This document shows positions 25,290 to 38,593 of a stretch of 64,000 nucleotides of DNA, piece by piece (the first letter of the stretch is position 1; the number at the start of each line of letters is the position of its first letter). The position numbers and the translations under genes are program-made. This DNA comes from Blasia pusilla (lineage: Eukaryota). Location of the stretch: assembly GCA_050084515.1 (NCBI GenBank), contig CM114271.1, positions 38,006,001 to 38,070,000 on the forward strand, in the 5' to 3' direction. The notes beneath the pieces are model-generated. The model did not search any database, was not told where the DNA came from, and saw only the letters and a program-made list of their open reading frames with translations.

Positions 25290-27550
25290 AGTTGGGTGCC
25301 AAAAGAAAAGAGTACTCTACTGAATCACCTTTCTCATATGCATCTCTCGCCAGAGCATGCTTGAGCCAAGAGCATCACCAAATGTTTCTTGTGCAGATTC
25401 GCCTATCAAATTCGGCATCCACAAAGCATGTTCTGATTCGAACACCTCGTTTTAGATCAACCCTCACCATGCCTAAGGGGATATCTTTGGCATGGAACTT
25501 GTCTCTTCCACCAAAACCTGATATAACTCCTGACTCAAGCACCATCCTACTCAACTTTGGCTTGGTGAATAATACATGATCATCAATTCGTAGCTAAAAA
25601 AATACACAAAATTTAGTTAGTAGCAATTCAAATTCTTCCCACATGCATTTGCACCATTAACTTGAAAATAAAAAACTGCTATGATATACCTGTTTGAAAG
25701 ACCATCCCCATTTTGGAAGATGTTGCGAAAAGTTCACAAGTCCTAGATGACCATTTGACTATCCACAACAAGAAATATCATTGTCATCATATAAACCTTG
25801 AATAGAAGAGGCCATTATAGATGAGAGAAATTACCTTAGTTCTTTTCTTAGACAAGCCTGATCTGATTTCACTTTCTTGCTCATTCAAACCATCACATTG
25901 TAGGCTAGACTTCTGTCTTTTGGCTAGTGATGATTTGGCTTGGCTGTCCATACTCAGGTTTTCTGCACATTATGCACGCCAAAGTTTATTGAATGTTGTA
26001 GGAAGAAATAACTATTGTTTTGTGGATAGGTTGAAAACTATGCCAGAGACAAATTCATTATACCAAGGATGACATACTTACAAGTGATTCGAGTATCATC
26101 ATCTGCACTTTCAGTGGAACTTCTCCTTTTGTTGCTATGTTCTGGCACTTCTACAAACAACCCAAGTATTGAGAAATGAATTGTAAAACCAGATTCTTCA
26201 CTTCAACAAGTAATTATATTAGAAGATCCTACATCTAGTGAAGCTAAACTCACTCCTTACCACCAGATTGTGTAGTTGCCATTGCCTCTTTTTGTGTGGA
26301 GATCTTCCTCTTCCCTAATTGTCCGGCTTCAGACGTTGGTATAGGCTCAACAATGACTGTAAGTTACTCAAAACAAAGAAAGTCAGTTCTGAAATACTCA
26401 TGCTGGAAAGGACAAGTAGTTATAACCATTGAAAATCGAGGGCGGAAGAATGAGAATAGGCTATCTGATGTGAGCTTCTCATCCCTTGTTGCATATGGTT
26501 GAGAATTGGATGGCGGGGAACTAGAAATCTGGTGTGGTATTGAAGACACATCCTTTGAAGTAAGCTTGGACACCATTTCCATGAGTATACTTAATGCTTT
26601 GTTTTGCCGTTTCATCTGCAACTTCACATCATCCAAATCTACGCTCCACTTCTTTTCCACGTCTTCCAATTGAATAGTGACTCTGGATTCCACACTCTGC
26701 ATATATAATCCAACGATCAATTAGCTACAAAAAAACAATGGTTTTGCAATTATACATCCAGATACAACCATGATAATGACTCCATAATTCAACCTGATTA
26801 AGGATATGATACTAACTCCATGACCCAATGAGATGAAGGTCATGATACTAGCCATGTCAAGCCAACGAGTAAGAAAAGAGTTATGCATTTACATTTACCG
26901 ATGAACTCAATTGTGTGAAACCTAGTTGTTTAGGCAATGCGTCTCTCTCCATAGATTCTAGCCCTATGCCCAAGGACTCTTTTGAGGTACGTTGTTGCAC
27001 CTATACATGCTCCTTAAATGCATAGATTATTAATTTCATGCATGTGAAAGGGTTCAATGCAAATATGGAAATGAAATAGTAATGGGGGTTTTCTACCATT
27101 ATGTAACTTTAGCAAGAAAAGTAGGGAATGCCAAGATGACTTACATCAAGTCCATCTAAACCTACACGGCATAAATTCCGTATCATATCATATCATATCA
27201 TATCATATCATTTTTAATAACTTCCAAAACAGAGACTTAAGAATTGAGTACCCACATGAACATAGGTCTGGAAAGTACCACATTTTCATCACTCTATAAT
27301 TGAGGTCGTCGCGTGCAAGAATACAACAACCTATTCAATATAAATTTGCAAACTCGGAACCAAGTGAGAAGTTACATGTAGATGCACCTACTTGTGGGGT
27401 CAAATTTTCTGATGGGCTTGGTGTTGCGCAAGATTGAGACCTACTACGGTATAATTGGTTGTCTGTATTCCCCCTGGCCAATGGAGGTGCCAACGCTGTT
27501 GGGGGCGGCGGTTGGGATGGCCCATGTCCCTTGTGTCCACAAAAGAAATA
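25290..27550 (-). pseudogene. Probable multi-exon TnpA-like accessory gene of the CACTA element
   Basis: Short minus-strand coding-like segments with splice-like junctions (e.g. coiled coil SVESRVTIQLEDVEKKWSVDLDDVKLQMK) lying between the transposase and the TIR. Confidence 0.35.
27181..27211. repeat. (TATCA)6 microsatellite
   Basis: Read directly. Confidence 0.9.
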
Positions 27551-27620
27551 CAATTAGCTAGTTAGACTTCCAAGTAATTGAATTCCCCTATGTAAAACAA
27601 GAAAGGGTAGAATAGTTTGC

Positions 27621-30600
27621 CTACTTACCCACGAGGATGGGATGGTCATGGATGATTGAGCTCCATTGGTCCATGGATGGGAAAACAAATGGCTGGTGAT
27701 CTAATGGCTCGCATGACCTCAAGTTGGCAAACAGAAAACCCTCCTTATCCAATTTCATGGATCCTACTCTCGAATCCCAATCTGCTTTAACCCACCGCCC
27801 TCGCATTAGTATTATGGGTTGTTCTACAATCCCATAATCAAGTAAGAGAATATCAACCAACACCCCAACATACGAGTATGAACAATTCTGGTTGGAACTT
27901 TTTTCATCAACAAATACTGCACCTATTCCACTATCATAAGTGGAGAAGGGCATCGCACCACTTGGCCCTTCTACCCTGTAGTGGTTTCCGTAGGCTTTCA
28001 TACTCTTGAATGAAAATGCCCTACTATTAGGAGGTATAGCTAATGATAGTAGGTGAGCATCAGGATCTTTTGAGTTGTCAATTGCATCTTGTGTAATGGC
28101 AGGGCGAATCCACTTTTCAAAAGGAATATCTCTCGAACATGACTGATATTTCGTGTTCAATAACAACGTTAATGGGATTAGTACATTATTTTGTATTTAA
28201 TGTGTCAATACCAAAATAATATACACTTTGAGAGTCCAAATCGTTGTTAACATAACTATGACCTTGAAAAGCATATATTGGAGAGTTTTACCTTTGCCAA
28301 TCAACCATGACCTCTATATTATGCAACACATAATGATGTGCTAAGTTGATCATTTCTCGCGAAAGTCGAACTGGAGTGGCTGCACCTTCTAGCTCCTCAC
28401 CAACGACCCCCTCTTCCTCCCCATCATCACCTTTTCATATACTCTGTCACAAACCCTAATGCCTCGTTCTTCATATACCCTTCTGCCATACACATGAAGA
28501 AATATGTACGGCCTAGCTTTAGACCGTACATATTTCTTCATGTACCCCAATATACCGCTCCATTGGATACATCCACCGACATGCTACTAGCCCACACATG
28601 TCCAATTCTTCTACGACATGGATCAACAAATGTGTCATCACGTTGAAGAAAGATGGAGGGAAATGCATTTCAAAGAGACAAAGGGTTATGGCAGTCTCTT
28701 CAGGGATTTTGTTGAATAAAGCTGGATCATATACCTTTGTACACACCACTCTAAAAATTCCGGATAATCTAATAACCACCATTCTCACATGGTCCTTCAG
28801 AAGACCACGGATGCAATAAGGAAGGACTTGTTGAATGAAGACATGGTAATCATGTGATTTCATATTGCCCAATTTTCGATTAACCACATGCTTGGAGAGT
28901 TATCCACATAATCCAGATGGCACCTTCAAGTTCTGAATCCTCAAAAGGAAAGTATTCAAGTCATGGGGAGATAGACAATAATCGGAAACTGGTTTAAGCA
29001 AAACTTGGGGTCTACTAGGATGGGGTTGCAACCACAAATGAGATTGAATCCCAGGGGCCTCCAAATCTCTCCTTACTTTCACAGTATCTTTCATGAAAAA
29101 ATAAAGTCTTCACTAGATTCTCAACGATATTCTTCTCAACATGCATTACATCTAACGTATGACGTATAAGCAAATTCTGATTGTATCGTCAAGGAACCAT
29201 GGACATGTCACGACTTGAACATAATAGCTAATATCCACAATCAAATCAAACAAAAGCTATCGTCCTCTATAACCACTATTTCATAACATAAATAATAGAT
29301 AATATAGAGAGGAATCAGGATACTGGCCAGTAAGGCAACGAATAAAGTATACTCAGCCTTTTCATCCTAGTTCTCTTGTAGGGATCAGTGGGGCCGTCTT
29401 CTCGGCCCCCACTCTGATCATATGTATGTTTTTCATTTGCCCATCCAATAATCTCTCCAGAAAGTAGTCTAGGCACGCGTGGTCTGAGTTCAACACTCCT
29501 GTTGAAATGAGATCCAAACCTACGGGTCCTCCATGGATGGCTCAATGGGAGATATCGACAATGACAACCATATATGGGCTTGCCACAAGACTTTGAAAAA
29601 TCAGAATCCACTCGAGGCCCGCATATAGTACATCCCAGTTTCCACCGTGGCTCTGCCCTACGACAGTTCCGTATGCCGGGTAATCATTTATTGTCAATAG
29701 TAAGATAGCCCTAAACATGAATTTCCAACTTCCGCCTACCTTCCGAACGTCATGAAATTCAACCCCTTTCCACATTTCGTGGAACTCTTCTACTAGAGGA
29801 AGCAAGTGTGTGTCTATGTTTTTCCCATTTACACTCTCCTTTCCTCGTATGATCAAAGAGAGCATCAAAAAGAATTTGTTTTTCTAGAGCCAGGGAGGCA
29901 AGTTATAATTAACAAGGAGCACAGGCCATATTGAACAAAAACTCGACTTGTCTGAAAATGGATTCCCTCCGTCCAAAGCTAGCCCAAACGTGCAATTCCT
30001 CTTCTCCTCGGAAAAGTCTGGATATAAGTTGTCCATGTGGCGCCATGCCTTGCAATCAGCTGTATGCCTTACTAAGCCATCCTTGCTCTGGTTCAAGGGG
30101 AACCAAGTCAACAATTCATACAACGTCTTGCATCTAAATATACGTCTCATCCGAGGTATAACAGGAAAATGAATTAGTACCTTTCATGGTACCAAGTCTA
30201 CCCACTTTCCGTAACCTTGGTTTCCCACATAATGGACAGATCTCAGCTTCAGCCAAATCACCCCGGAATAAAACACATCCAGCCGGACACGCATGGATAC
30301 TGTTGTAACCCAAGCCTAGTTTACCAATGAGTTTTTTGCTACATAATAACTCGGTGGCACCAATTTCCCTGTTGGTAGGACCAACTTAGAAAGGAGTTTC
30401 AAACATTCGTCAATAGCTACATTTGGGATGCCATGGGTGGTTTGAATGTTGAATAGTAACATGACAAAAGCCAAAACAGATGTTTTTGCTGTAGGGAACA
30501 AGGGTTTGCAAGCTTCAGCAAGCTCCTCATATTCAGCTCCATGATTGAATAGTGGTTCTTCGTTTGATATTCCCGGTTCTGGTAATTCATCAGATGGGAG

Positions 30601-31010
30601 AGATGTCTCTTCAATTTCATCCTTGTGTATATGGTCGTATTTCTGGAAAATATCATTGAGCATTTTATGAACGTCAATGTGCTCGTCTATAACTGCCATG
30701 GAAAATCTCTCCCTTCCATCCACATGGAAGGTGGGGGCTGACTCCATTGTCTTATCCTCTTGGCTTCTTTTTTCAGCAAGATCATGCATAAGCCACTCCT
30801 CATCTAAAGAGTCCCAACCATCCCTAGATTTCGGCTCTCGAAAAAGCGCCGAGCATCCATTTTTTCTCAAATGTGCTTCCACCTTGCCGATGGACAACGT
30901 AGATCCACCCTTACAGTCATTGCACGGACACCGCAATCTTTTATAGCCTAGTACACTAGCTCGTATGCTTTCCCGCTGCCAAAACTTGGAATCATGTGCC
31001 TTTACTCTAA
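27621..31010 (-). mobile_element. CACTA/En-Spm transposase (TnpD-like), degenerate, with introns
   Basis: RCPCNDC..VEAHL transposase-associated domain, GLALDGGNPF..SIWPVLLVNYNLPPW, TINDYPAYG, RHTLDVMHVEKNI, MKSHDYHVF..FPPSFFNVMTHLLIH..WMYPMER (DUF4218-like) and a DUF4216-like C-terminus. Confidence 0.9.
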
Positions 31011-32309
31011 CTAGGTGGTTCAAATCCATTCTAAGGGGTTTGGAAGTCATTTCCGGCGTAATGTGAACTGAAACATTCCAAACACATCCAAAACCATGAC
31101 ATCTTGCCTCAATAAAAAATTCCATAAACCACGGCTGGACGAGCTATCATCTTAGATGAATGCATACCCACGTGAAGTCAAGACAAGTATGATAAGGCAC
31201 ATATACCTAACCTGGGACTTATCTTGATGGAGATTTCAATTGTCACTAACAATCCTCGCTGATGTGGTCCAACGCTTCCAAGGACATTCCTGAATGAAAA
31301 ATGTAACACACCCAACTTTAGATAATGGCTCAATCCTTTGATATGTACACTTCATCATGGCCATGGTCTAATAAATATTTCCAGCGAAGATCTAGAAAAG
31401 CAAACTACAAAGCTAATTTGCTATGAGTGACCATAGTAACTGTAGCAACTTTCTGACAAAGAAAGAGTTATAGTGCGTGGCAAGCAAGGAAGTGCTCCGC
31501 CAAGAAAAAAAGTACAGTAAAGTGCAAAATTAAGGACATAAACTACGATAGAAGAGGATGTAGAAGTTCCCAAAATGTAAGTCAGCCACGTTGAGCCATC
31601 TACTTCCTCCTTACCAAGGTCATCCTTATCGACTGGAATGCGGTATGCTGAAACTCACATTCAGGAATCTACTTGCTCCTTACCAAGGTCTTCCTTGCCG
31701 TCTGAAATAAGTTTTACTATAACTCACTTGACTGCCGTCACCACCTCTGACGTTCCTATCTTAGAGTCACGTAATGATTGGATCCATGTTTTGCCCTTAG
31801 CAAAACGTACCACAATCGGTTGCACACTTCTAGTTACAAGCAGGTATAATTATTTGAGCAATCACACATTCAAGACATCCATATTCATCCTGGTGGAGAC
31901 ATTTTACAAGAAGTTGTACAAATCTGCATTTTGGAAACGTACCAAGTCCAGAGCTATACGATGGGTGTCTATATGAAGGCAAAGGCTAGGTCAGGTCAGG
32001 CCCGTTCAGTCGGACACCAATTTCCCCAAGTCAGATTTTTAAACATATAGAACATTTGCTCAAAGGTTTAATGTGCCAACTCTTACTTAACGGTTGTACT
32101 TTCCCAAAGTGTTTCCGAGTCCAATTTTTATGGTTTGAAGTATCAAACCTGGAAAGTTTTCAAAATCACAATTTGGCAATTGGCAATATTTCAATAGAGA
32201 CAATAAACCATGAAAAAAAAATTCCTTGGAATTCCATAACTTTTATTCCATCTCTCTAACGAAGTGCATTCCACTGTACCAATACAAACCCTACTATACC
32301 GAGACATCA

Positions 32310-33175
32310 CAGCCATGAAGGACAAGATGGGAGGAGAAGCTGGGCTGTATAGCGCCTGAAGCACTTGCTGTCTGGTTAATTTTCAGTCGCCATGGAGCCA
32401 AGTACAGGTTCATATTTCTTAACACACAAGATTACGGAGAGGCACGATCCACGTTATTTCAGTTGCCCTTTCAGCTCTTAGGCGCATCAATTTAGAACCT
32501 GAACAGGTTCTTTCCGACCAGTCTATATAGCATCCAACTTAACAGCCATGAAGGACAAGATGGGAGGAGAAGCAAGGCTGTATTGCGCCTGAAGCACTTG
32601 CTTTCTTGTTAATTTCAGCGGCCATGGAGCCAAATACACGTTCTCAAACTTAATGAATCAACAACGTTCTTAGTTCACCAAAGTGAGCATGTGAATGTAG
32701 CCACCTTTTTTGCCCCGCGTTATCTAACCACACTCCCGACCAAGAGAGAGCGAGAGAGAGAGAGAGAAGTTAAAATTAGATTTGTGATTAGATTTGCGAA
32801 GTTCAAATCTAATCACAACTACCAAGAGTCAATCCGAGGTACTCTACACGCACAAAGATGAACAACACTTAAGTCCGTGAAGACGCTGAAGGGATGTTCA
32901 TACAACTTCGAGAGCAATTAATCAACGGCTTCCAGAGCGATGACGGCATACAACTTCCAGAGCGACTAATCGAGAACCTGGAGAGTAGAGAGGGGGAGAA
33001 AGTGGGCTTATAGATTTGATGGTGCTCGGACCAAAGAAACTTATCGAACCACAGAGGGGGAGAGGGGGGCTTACACATTTAATGGCGCTAGACCAAAGAG
33101 ACTTATCAGACCACAAAGAGGGAGAGGGGGATTTACGTGTATGATGGCGCTCAGACCAAAGAGACTTACACATTT
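32310..33175. repeat. ~105-bp direct repeat pair and three ~57-bp units, probably the CACTA 5' region
   Basis: acagccatgaaggacaagatgggaggagaagc... at about 32310 and 32542. gatgg.gct..gaccaaaga.actta occurs three times at 33018-33170. Confidence 0.7.
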
Positions 33176-33414
33176 CGAGAGAGAGAGAGAGAGTGGGGGA
33201 AGTCTTACAAATTTGAAGTGTTGTGTAAAAATAGTTCACTAGCTCCAAATGCTCACCACAGTAGAGTGACAACAATGTGCCTTGGTGAACTCTTTTGTGT
33301 TTCAACACACTCTTTTGTGTTTCAAATGCTTGAACGCACATTCTCACCAAAGGGCTGCGGACCACATCGTCCTAGAGTGATAATTTTTCCCAACTTATCC
33401 CCAAGCCTAGGGAT

Positions 33415-36400
33415 CTCCATTGAGTTCTTGATACAAGTGAAAATGCCACGCCCATCTTCAACGCCCTCGACCCTCTTGGCGTCGCTTTTTTGTACCCTCC
33501 ACCCTCCTCATGGGGTATAGTGACATGGAGAGGGCTTTGATTCAGAGTAGGAGCCAAGACTTGGTTGGAGTAGGACTAGTGGAGATGTTGCATGGAGAAT
33601 ATGCATTTTCCATTGTCATGCCCACCAAGAAGAATGTGCATGGCATCGTGACGGATAGGCGGATGTGTGGAGATTATATATCCCAACAACATTAAAAATA
33701 CGACCTATCAATCATTTAGAAGATGAACTAGTCTTTACTAAAGGGTATTGATAGATATGCCATGCCCACTCTTGAGGAGATCTTTGATGTCATAAAAACC
33801 AGGACAATTCTTCAGGTGTGGAGGAGGCGATTGGGATGCAAAGGTCTTGATTCATTGGATTCATTGAGTTCTTGAGTGACACGCCCATACCATGACATGG
33901 AGAGGGCTTTGATTTAGGAGCCAAGACTTGCCAATCTGATTGGAGGATATGCATTTTCCATTGTCATGCCCACCAAGAAGATAGCATTTTGGGGCATCAA
34001 TCCTCACGAGAAGGATTGTTTGTACTAGTGGCGATTCTTACCATTCGGGTTAAAGATCGTCCCGACTAAGTTTTAGAGGGTCATGGATAGGATCTTGGCA
34101 GGTCTGGATTTTGCTAGGTGTTATATTGATGACATCGTAGTCTTTAGCGCCACGGTTGAGGAGCATGAGCGATATCTAGAGGATATGTTTCGACCATTAC
34201 AGTTACATGGGTTGGAGCCACATCCAGGAAAGTGCAAGTTCTTCTATGACTAGATTGAGTACTTGGGTCATACGATATACCCATGTGGCCTTGGTGTACA
34301 AAAGATAGAGCTAGAGGCTATTTCACGTATTCCATGCTCTAGAGATGTGATTCGAGTTCGTGCATTCATGGGATTGGCAAACTTCTATCGACGGTACGTC
34401 AAGGGTTTTAGTTCGATTGCAAAGCCACTAACCTTGCTGACCAAGGTGGATCAGAAGTGGCACTGGGAGGATGAGCAAGAGAGAACATTTCAGCTGCTCA
34501 AGGACAGATTGACGTCCGTGCCCATATTGAGGAGATTGATCAGGGGGAGTCCTTTCTAGTTGCATACCAATTGGAGCATGTTGGGGCTTGGAGCCATGCT
34601 CATCCAACATGACGATGATGGTAGAGAGTTCGCGGTGGCTTACGCTAGTCGCTCGAACAACGCTGCAGAGGCAAAGTATAACTTGTATGAGGGTGAGTGC
34701 TTGGCTATGATGTGGGTTTTTGTACATTTCAGGTGTTATTTATTCGGAAACCATCATTACTGATCATCAACCACTTAAGTGGTTGATGGAGTCTGACAAG
34801 CTTACAAGGAAGCTTGCGAGGTGGGCCCTTTTGTTGTAGGAGTATGACTTCCTGGTGGTGCATAGACCATGGACGCTCAACCAAGATACTGATGGTTTGA
34901 GCCATAACCTATGCTTGAGTCAGCGAGATGCGACTGGAGCTTGTTGGCATGGTGAGAGCGATGAGGAGTTGGTGCCAAGATGGCGCGCGTTAGGATATTT
35001 GGGCTTGTTGGCTGTGGAGAGCCTGATTGTTGAGACTTCAATGGCGAGGTCTGATGAAGAGTCCTTAGATCCAGAGTCCGGTGAGGAGACAATAGATGGC
35101 CGAGACATTCACAATGATGGAGTGGTTTGCAGTACCTGTATACTAGAAGCATCGCGAGCACATTGGGTGCTACAGAGCGGGATCGGATCCTACAGCAAGC
35201 CAGACAGTTCTGGTGGGAGGGGACACATGTGTTGCGAGTTTGGGGGGCTGGTAGAGTGCGTGTAGTGCCTCATCCTTTGTAGAGAGCACGTGTAGTGCAT
35301 CATGCCCACAAGGAGTTGGGTCATTTTGGAGTGAAACGGACGTACAACTTGCTTCAGCTACAATATTGGTGGCAAGACATGTAGACTATTTTTCAACATT
35401 TTGTTGCGAGATACATGTTGTGTGATCGAGTCCAAGCATCATTCAATGCTCCGACTCCACAGTTGTATCCACTTCCAATCATGGATTTAGGTTAAAGATG
35501 GAGTTTGGATTTTGCAGGACCTTTGCCTTTAACGAAGCGCCATAGTCGTTATGTGTTGGGGATGGTCGAGCACTTCTTGAAGTGGATAGAGTTGGTTGCA
35601 TTTCTTGACAAAGCGAGTGAGGGAGTAGCATATACCTTCCTAGATCGAGTGTTAAGTCATTACGGCGCACCAGCTGAGGTGTTGACAGACTAGGGTACAG
35701 AGTTTTGTGGGGAGTTTCAGGCTTTGTGTGATCAGGTGCTGATTGACCACCGCACCACTTCGCAAGATCATCCTGAGGTGGATGGATTAGCGAAGAGGGT
35801 TATGTTGACGGTGCAGAGAAGATTATGCAAGCATGGCTTGCAAAGAGATCATCTTGGAGATTGGGACCTCCAGTTGCTGTGGTTGGCGATCGGATACAGA
35901 TTCAGCAGATAAGCATCCTTAGTGTCTTTCTCAGCATACTTGCTATTTTATGGTCGAGAGCCAGATTTACCTGCGGCCATTCATCAAGATGTTGGTGAGG
36001 TGTTGAACCTTGATGACCTTGATGTATGGATGCGAGCATGTTCTCTGACGGCTGAGTTATTTCGGAGAGTGATGCCCATGGCGTTTGAGAACTTGGCCAT
36101 TGCGTAGCATCTAGATACATTGAGGTATGCGACTATTTGAGGAGGTGGTTATCAACCTACTATTTGGAGGTTTCATTAGGGAGACTATGTATACTTGCAG
36201 CAAATGGCACCCACGACGTTGGATGCAACTCGAGGACGCACCATCTTAAGAGTGCGTGAGATTTTGCCATCTGGTGTTCTCTTATTCGAGGGACGGGATG
36301 GTATGGTTTGGAAGGACCATGTGCGTAACTATGCGTCATGTCACCTTCCTAACATTGACAGTATAGTTGATCCGAGCTTAGCAGTAGTTCTTGCAAGCTT

Positions 36401-36545
36401 GTGATGTATGTTGTGTGGTTCCGCTCGTGGTGTAGCCACTATGGTCGTCTGTGATGGATGTTTGAGAGGATGGCATATGGCAGGTCTGACGCCACCTCTC
36501 ACCAGGGTTCCTCATAGACGATGGATGTGTCCCAAATGTACATAG
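33415..36545 (+). mobile_element. Ty3/Gypsy pol (RT-RNaseH-integrase-PHD), degenerate
   Basis: RRMCGDY, LPFGLK, CYIDDIVV, RAFMGLANFYRRYV, VAYASRS..EGECLA, AHKELGHFG..C..C, DFAGPLP, TD*GTEF, and a C-terminal PHD (36405-36539). Confidence 0.92.
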
Positions 36546-36711
36546 AGTAGATAGTTCTAGACTCCAACTTGTGTCTGTGACATGGATGATAAGAAGGTGA
36601 CTAACGATGGGGCTACCTGAGCACCCGACCTTTTTGCTCTTAGCGTTCCAAAGATGTATGTCATGGTAAGTAGGGAAAGATGACTATTTGGAGTAAGAGG
36701 GACCTAACCAT

Positions 36712-37489
36712 GAGCTAGGGGGGTGATTGGAGATATTTTTTTACTTCTTGTCTCGTTGTTTGGATACCATGAGTTAGCATGGGATCGTACGTGTTTGTGT
36801 GTATGTTTGGCGAAAGCGATATATGTTGTGTAGCGATGTGTATGCGCATGACAGTTGTCACAAATTTTTAGGATAGATCAGAGAATTGGGTAGAGCGCCT
36901 TTGTGAGTAGAGAAGGATAGACTTAGGAGGTCGAGGATGACCTCCTAAGGTCTTGGGAAACTTGAGAGAACAGGTTTCCCCTTCGTTTCAGCTCATTTGG
37001 AGCCATATCGAGAAATTTATTTTTTTGGGTAAGTTTCCATATTTGGTAGAGTTTACTTTCCACTTTGGCAAGTGGTCCTTGACCCGCTATAGTAGGTCAA
37101 GAGCCAAGGAGGTGACCTGCAAGCATAGGTTACCAAGGAGAGAGCTTGGGAGAGGGAAGGGGGTATACCTCCAAGAGAGAGAGGTTGAGAGCTCATTCTT
37201 TCTTTGTTGAACCTCTTGGCATGAGGCGGCGGAGCTATGATCCCTTGCCTTGTGAGTGTAATCTAAGCCTCTCATTAGGAGACTGGGTTTGGTTTGATAT
37301 TGAGAGCGACATGTGAGGATGCACACATTTTAGAGCTATGGTATTGACAGAGATTGGATCTACTTTATTTAATTGGAGATATTTTGGTACTTCTTGTCTC
37401 GTTGTTTGGATACCATGAGTTAGCATGGGATCGTGTGTGTTTGTATTTATGTTTGGCGACAACGATGTATGTTGTGTAGCGATATATAT
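36712..37489 (+). mobile_element. PPT and atypical 3' terminal region (A-GT-TGTC-B-A') of Gypsy-PHD copy 1
   Basis: AGGGGGG PPT. Repeat A at 36726-36853 ends GACA, TGTCAC starts at 36856, and A' at 37372-37489 has lost its last ~10 nt. Confidence 0.8.
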
Positions 37490-38214
37490 ACCTCTTGGCA
37501 CCAACGTTGGACTCGTTTTGGTTCTCTCCCGCTCTCGATGACCCATCCCCACTAGAAATTTCCCTTGGATGACGAAGATAATAATATCTTAAAAAATATA
37601 AGGGAAAGAAATGTACGGGTTGAGATAAGAAAATACCGAAAATAGAATGACACGAGATGCTAAAACCATGGCTCTGAATGTGTCGGTGCGTGAATGATGG
37701 AAGTTTAGGGTTGGGCTCTCAAAGGGAATAGGTAGATATGGGCATGTTTAGACAAGATTCCTTGATCATCTCCACATCCCCGATGTGCTAAGGAGAACCA
37801 ATGAAACAAATCAAAACACTCGGGTCTATGAATAGAAAATTTCAAAATCACCAAACGAGTTTGGTGAAACAAGAAATTTCCACACTCACAAGCACTCACC
37901 TAATGTGGAGTCAATTAGAGTTAATTTAAGATGTAACAAGGACTGCAAATATCCAAGTTGGTCCCAAATAAAATCCAGGTACTCCCAAAAGGCACCCAAG
38001 GGATTTCTCCAGAATTCCTAGTAACCTTGAAAGACCTTACCTATGAAGGCACCATAAAAATTTGGACCCAAATCCAAAATATCACTAAAAAACTGGATAA
38101 ATAGGAGAAATACCTGATAATTAGGTAATTAACTCCTTAACCCCCCTCCATATGTACATTTTTGGGGCCTCTTGTGGGCCCTTCCCTTATGGGTTTTACC
38201 CAAAAGGGAGAAAA

Positions 38215-38254
38215 GGGGAAGGGGAGGGGGGAAGGGGAGGGGAGGGGGTTGGGG
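38215..38254 (+). other. G-quadruplex-forming G-tract cluster
   Basis: Seven runs of 4-6 G separated by 1-2 nt. Confidence 0.6.
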
Positions 38255-38593
38255 CCAAGTTCAAACTTGGCCCCAACCACTCAAAGGACACCACGTGTCC
38301 CCACAGAGCAGACACTTGGGTTGTACGCAAGCCCTAGAGCCTGCATGCGGGCTAGGCTAGAAGCGACGAATCAGAGAGCGCGACACGGCTCAATTTGTCT
38401 GCGATGCGGGCCCAATCAGAAAATAGGCGTCAGGCGTGATGCGCACTAGCCAAGAAAGGGCAGATTGGTCGACGTATGCGGGCCCAAGTGCGGGTCGCAG
38501 GCAACGCAGGGTGAAGGAGCCCGCACCCGGGCCCGCACGGATATTTGTCCGCGGACACAGACAAGTCCGCGTGCAACCTTGCTTCCAACAAAA

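Noticed and set aside
33415-37489. Calling the element a DIRS/Ngaro because of its odd termini
   Set aside because: It encodes a DDE integrase with an HHCC finger, and no tyrosine recombinase was seen.
38335-38581. hAT MITE as a firm feature
   Set aside because: The TIRs are imperfect and there is no 8-bp TSD, so it is kept only as a low-interest note.
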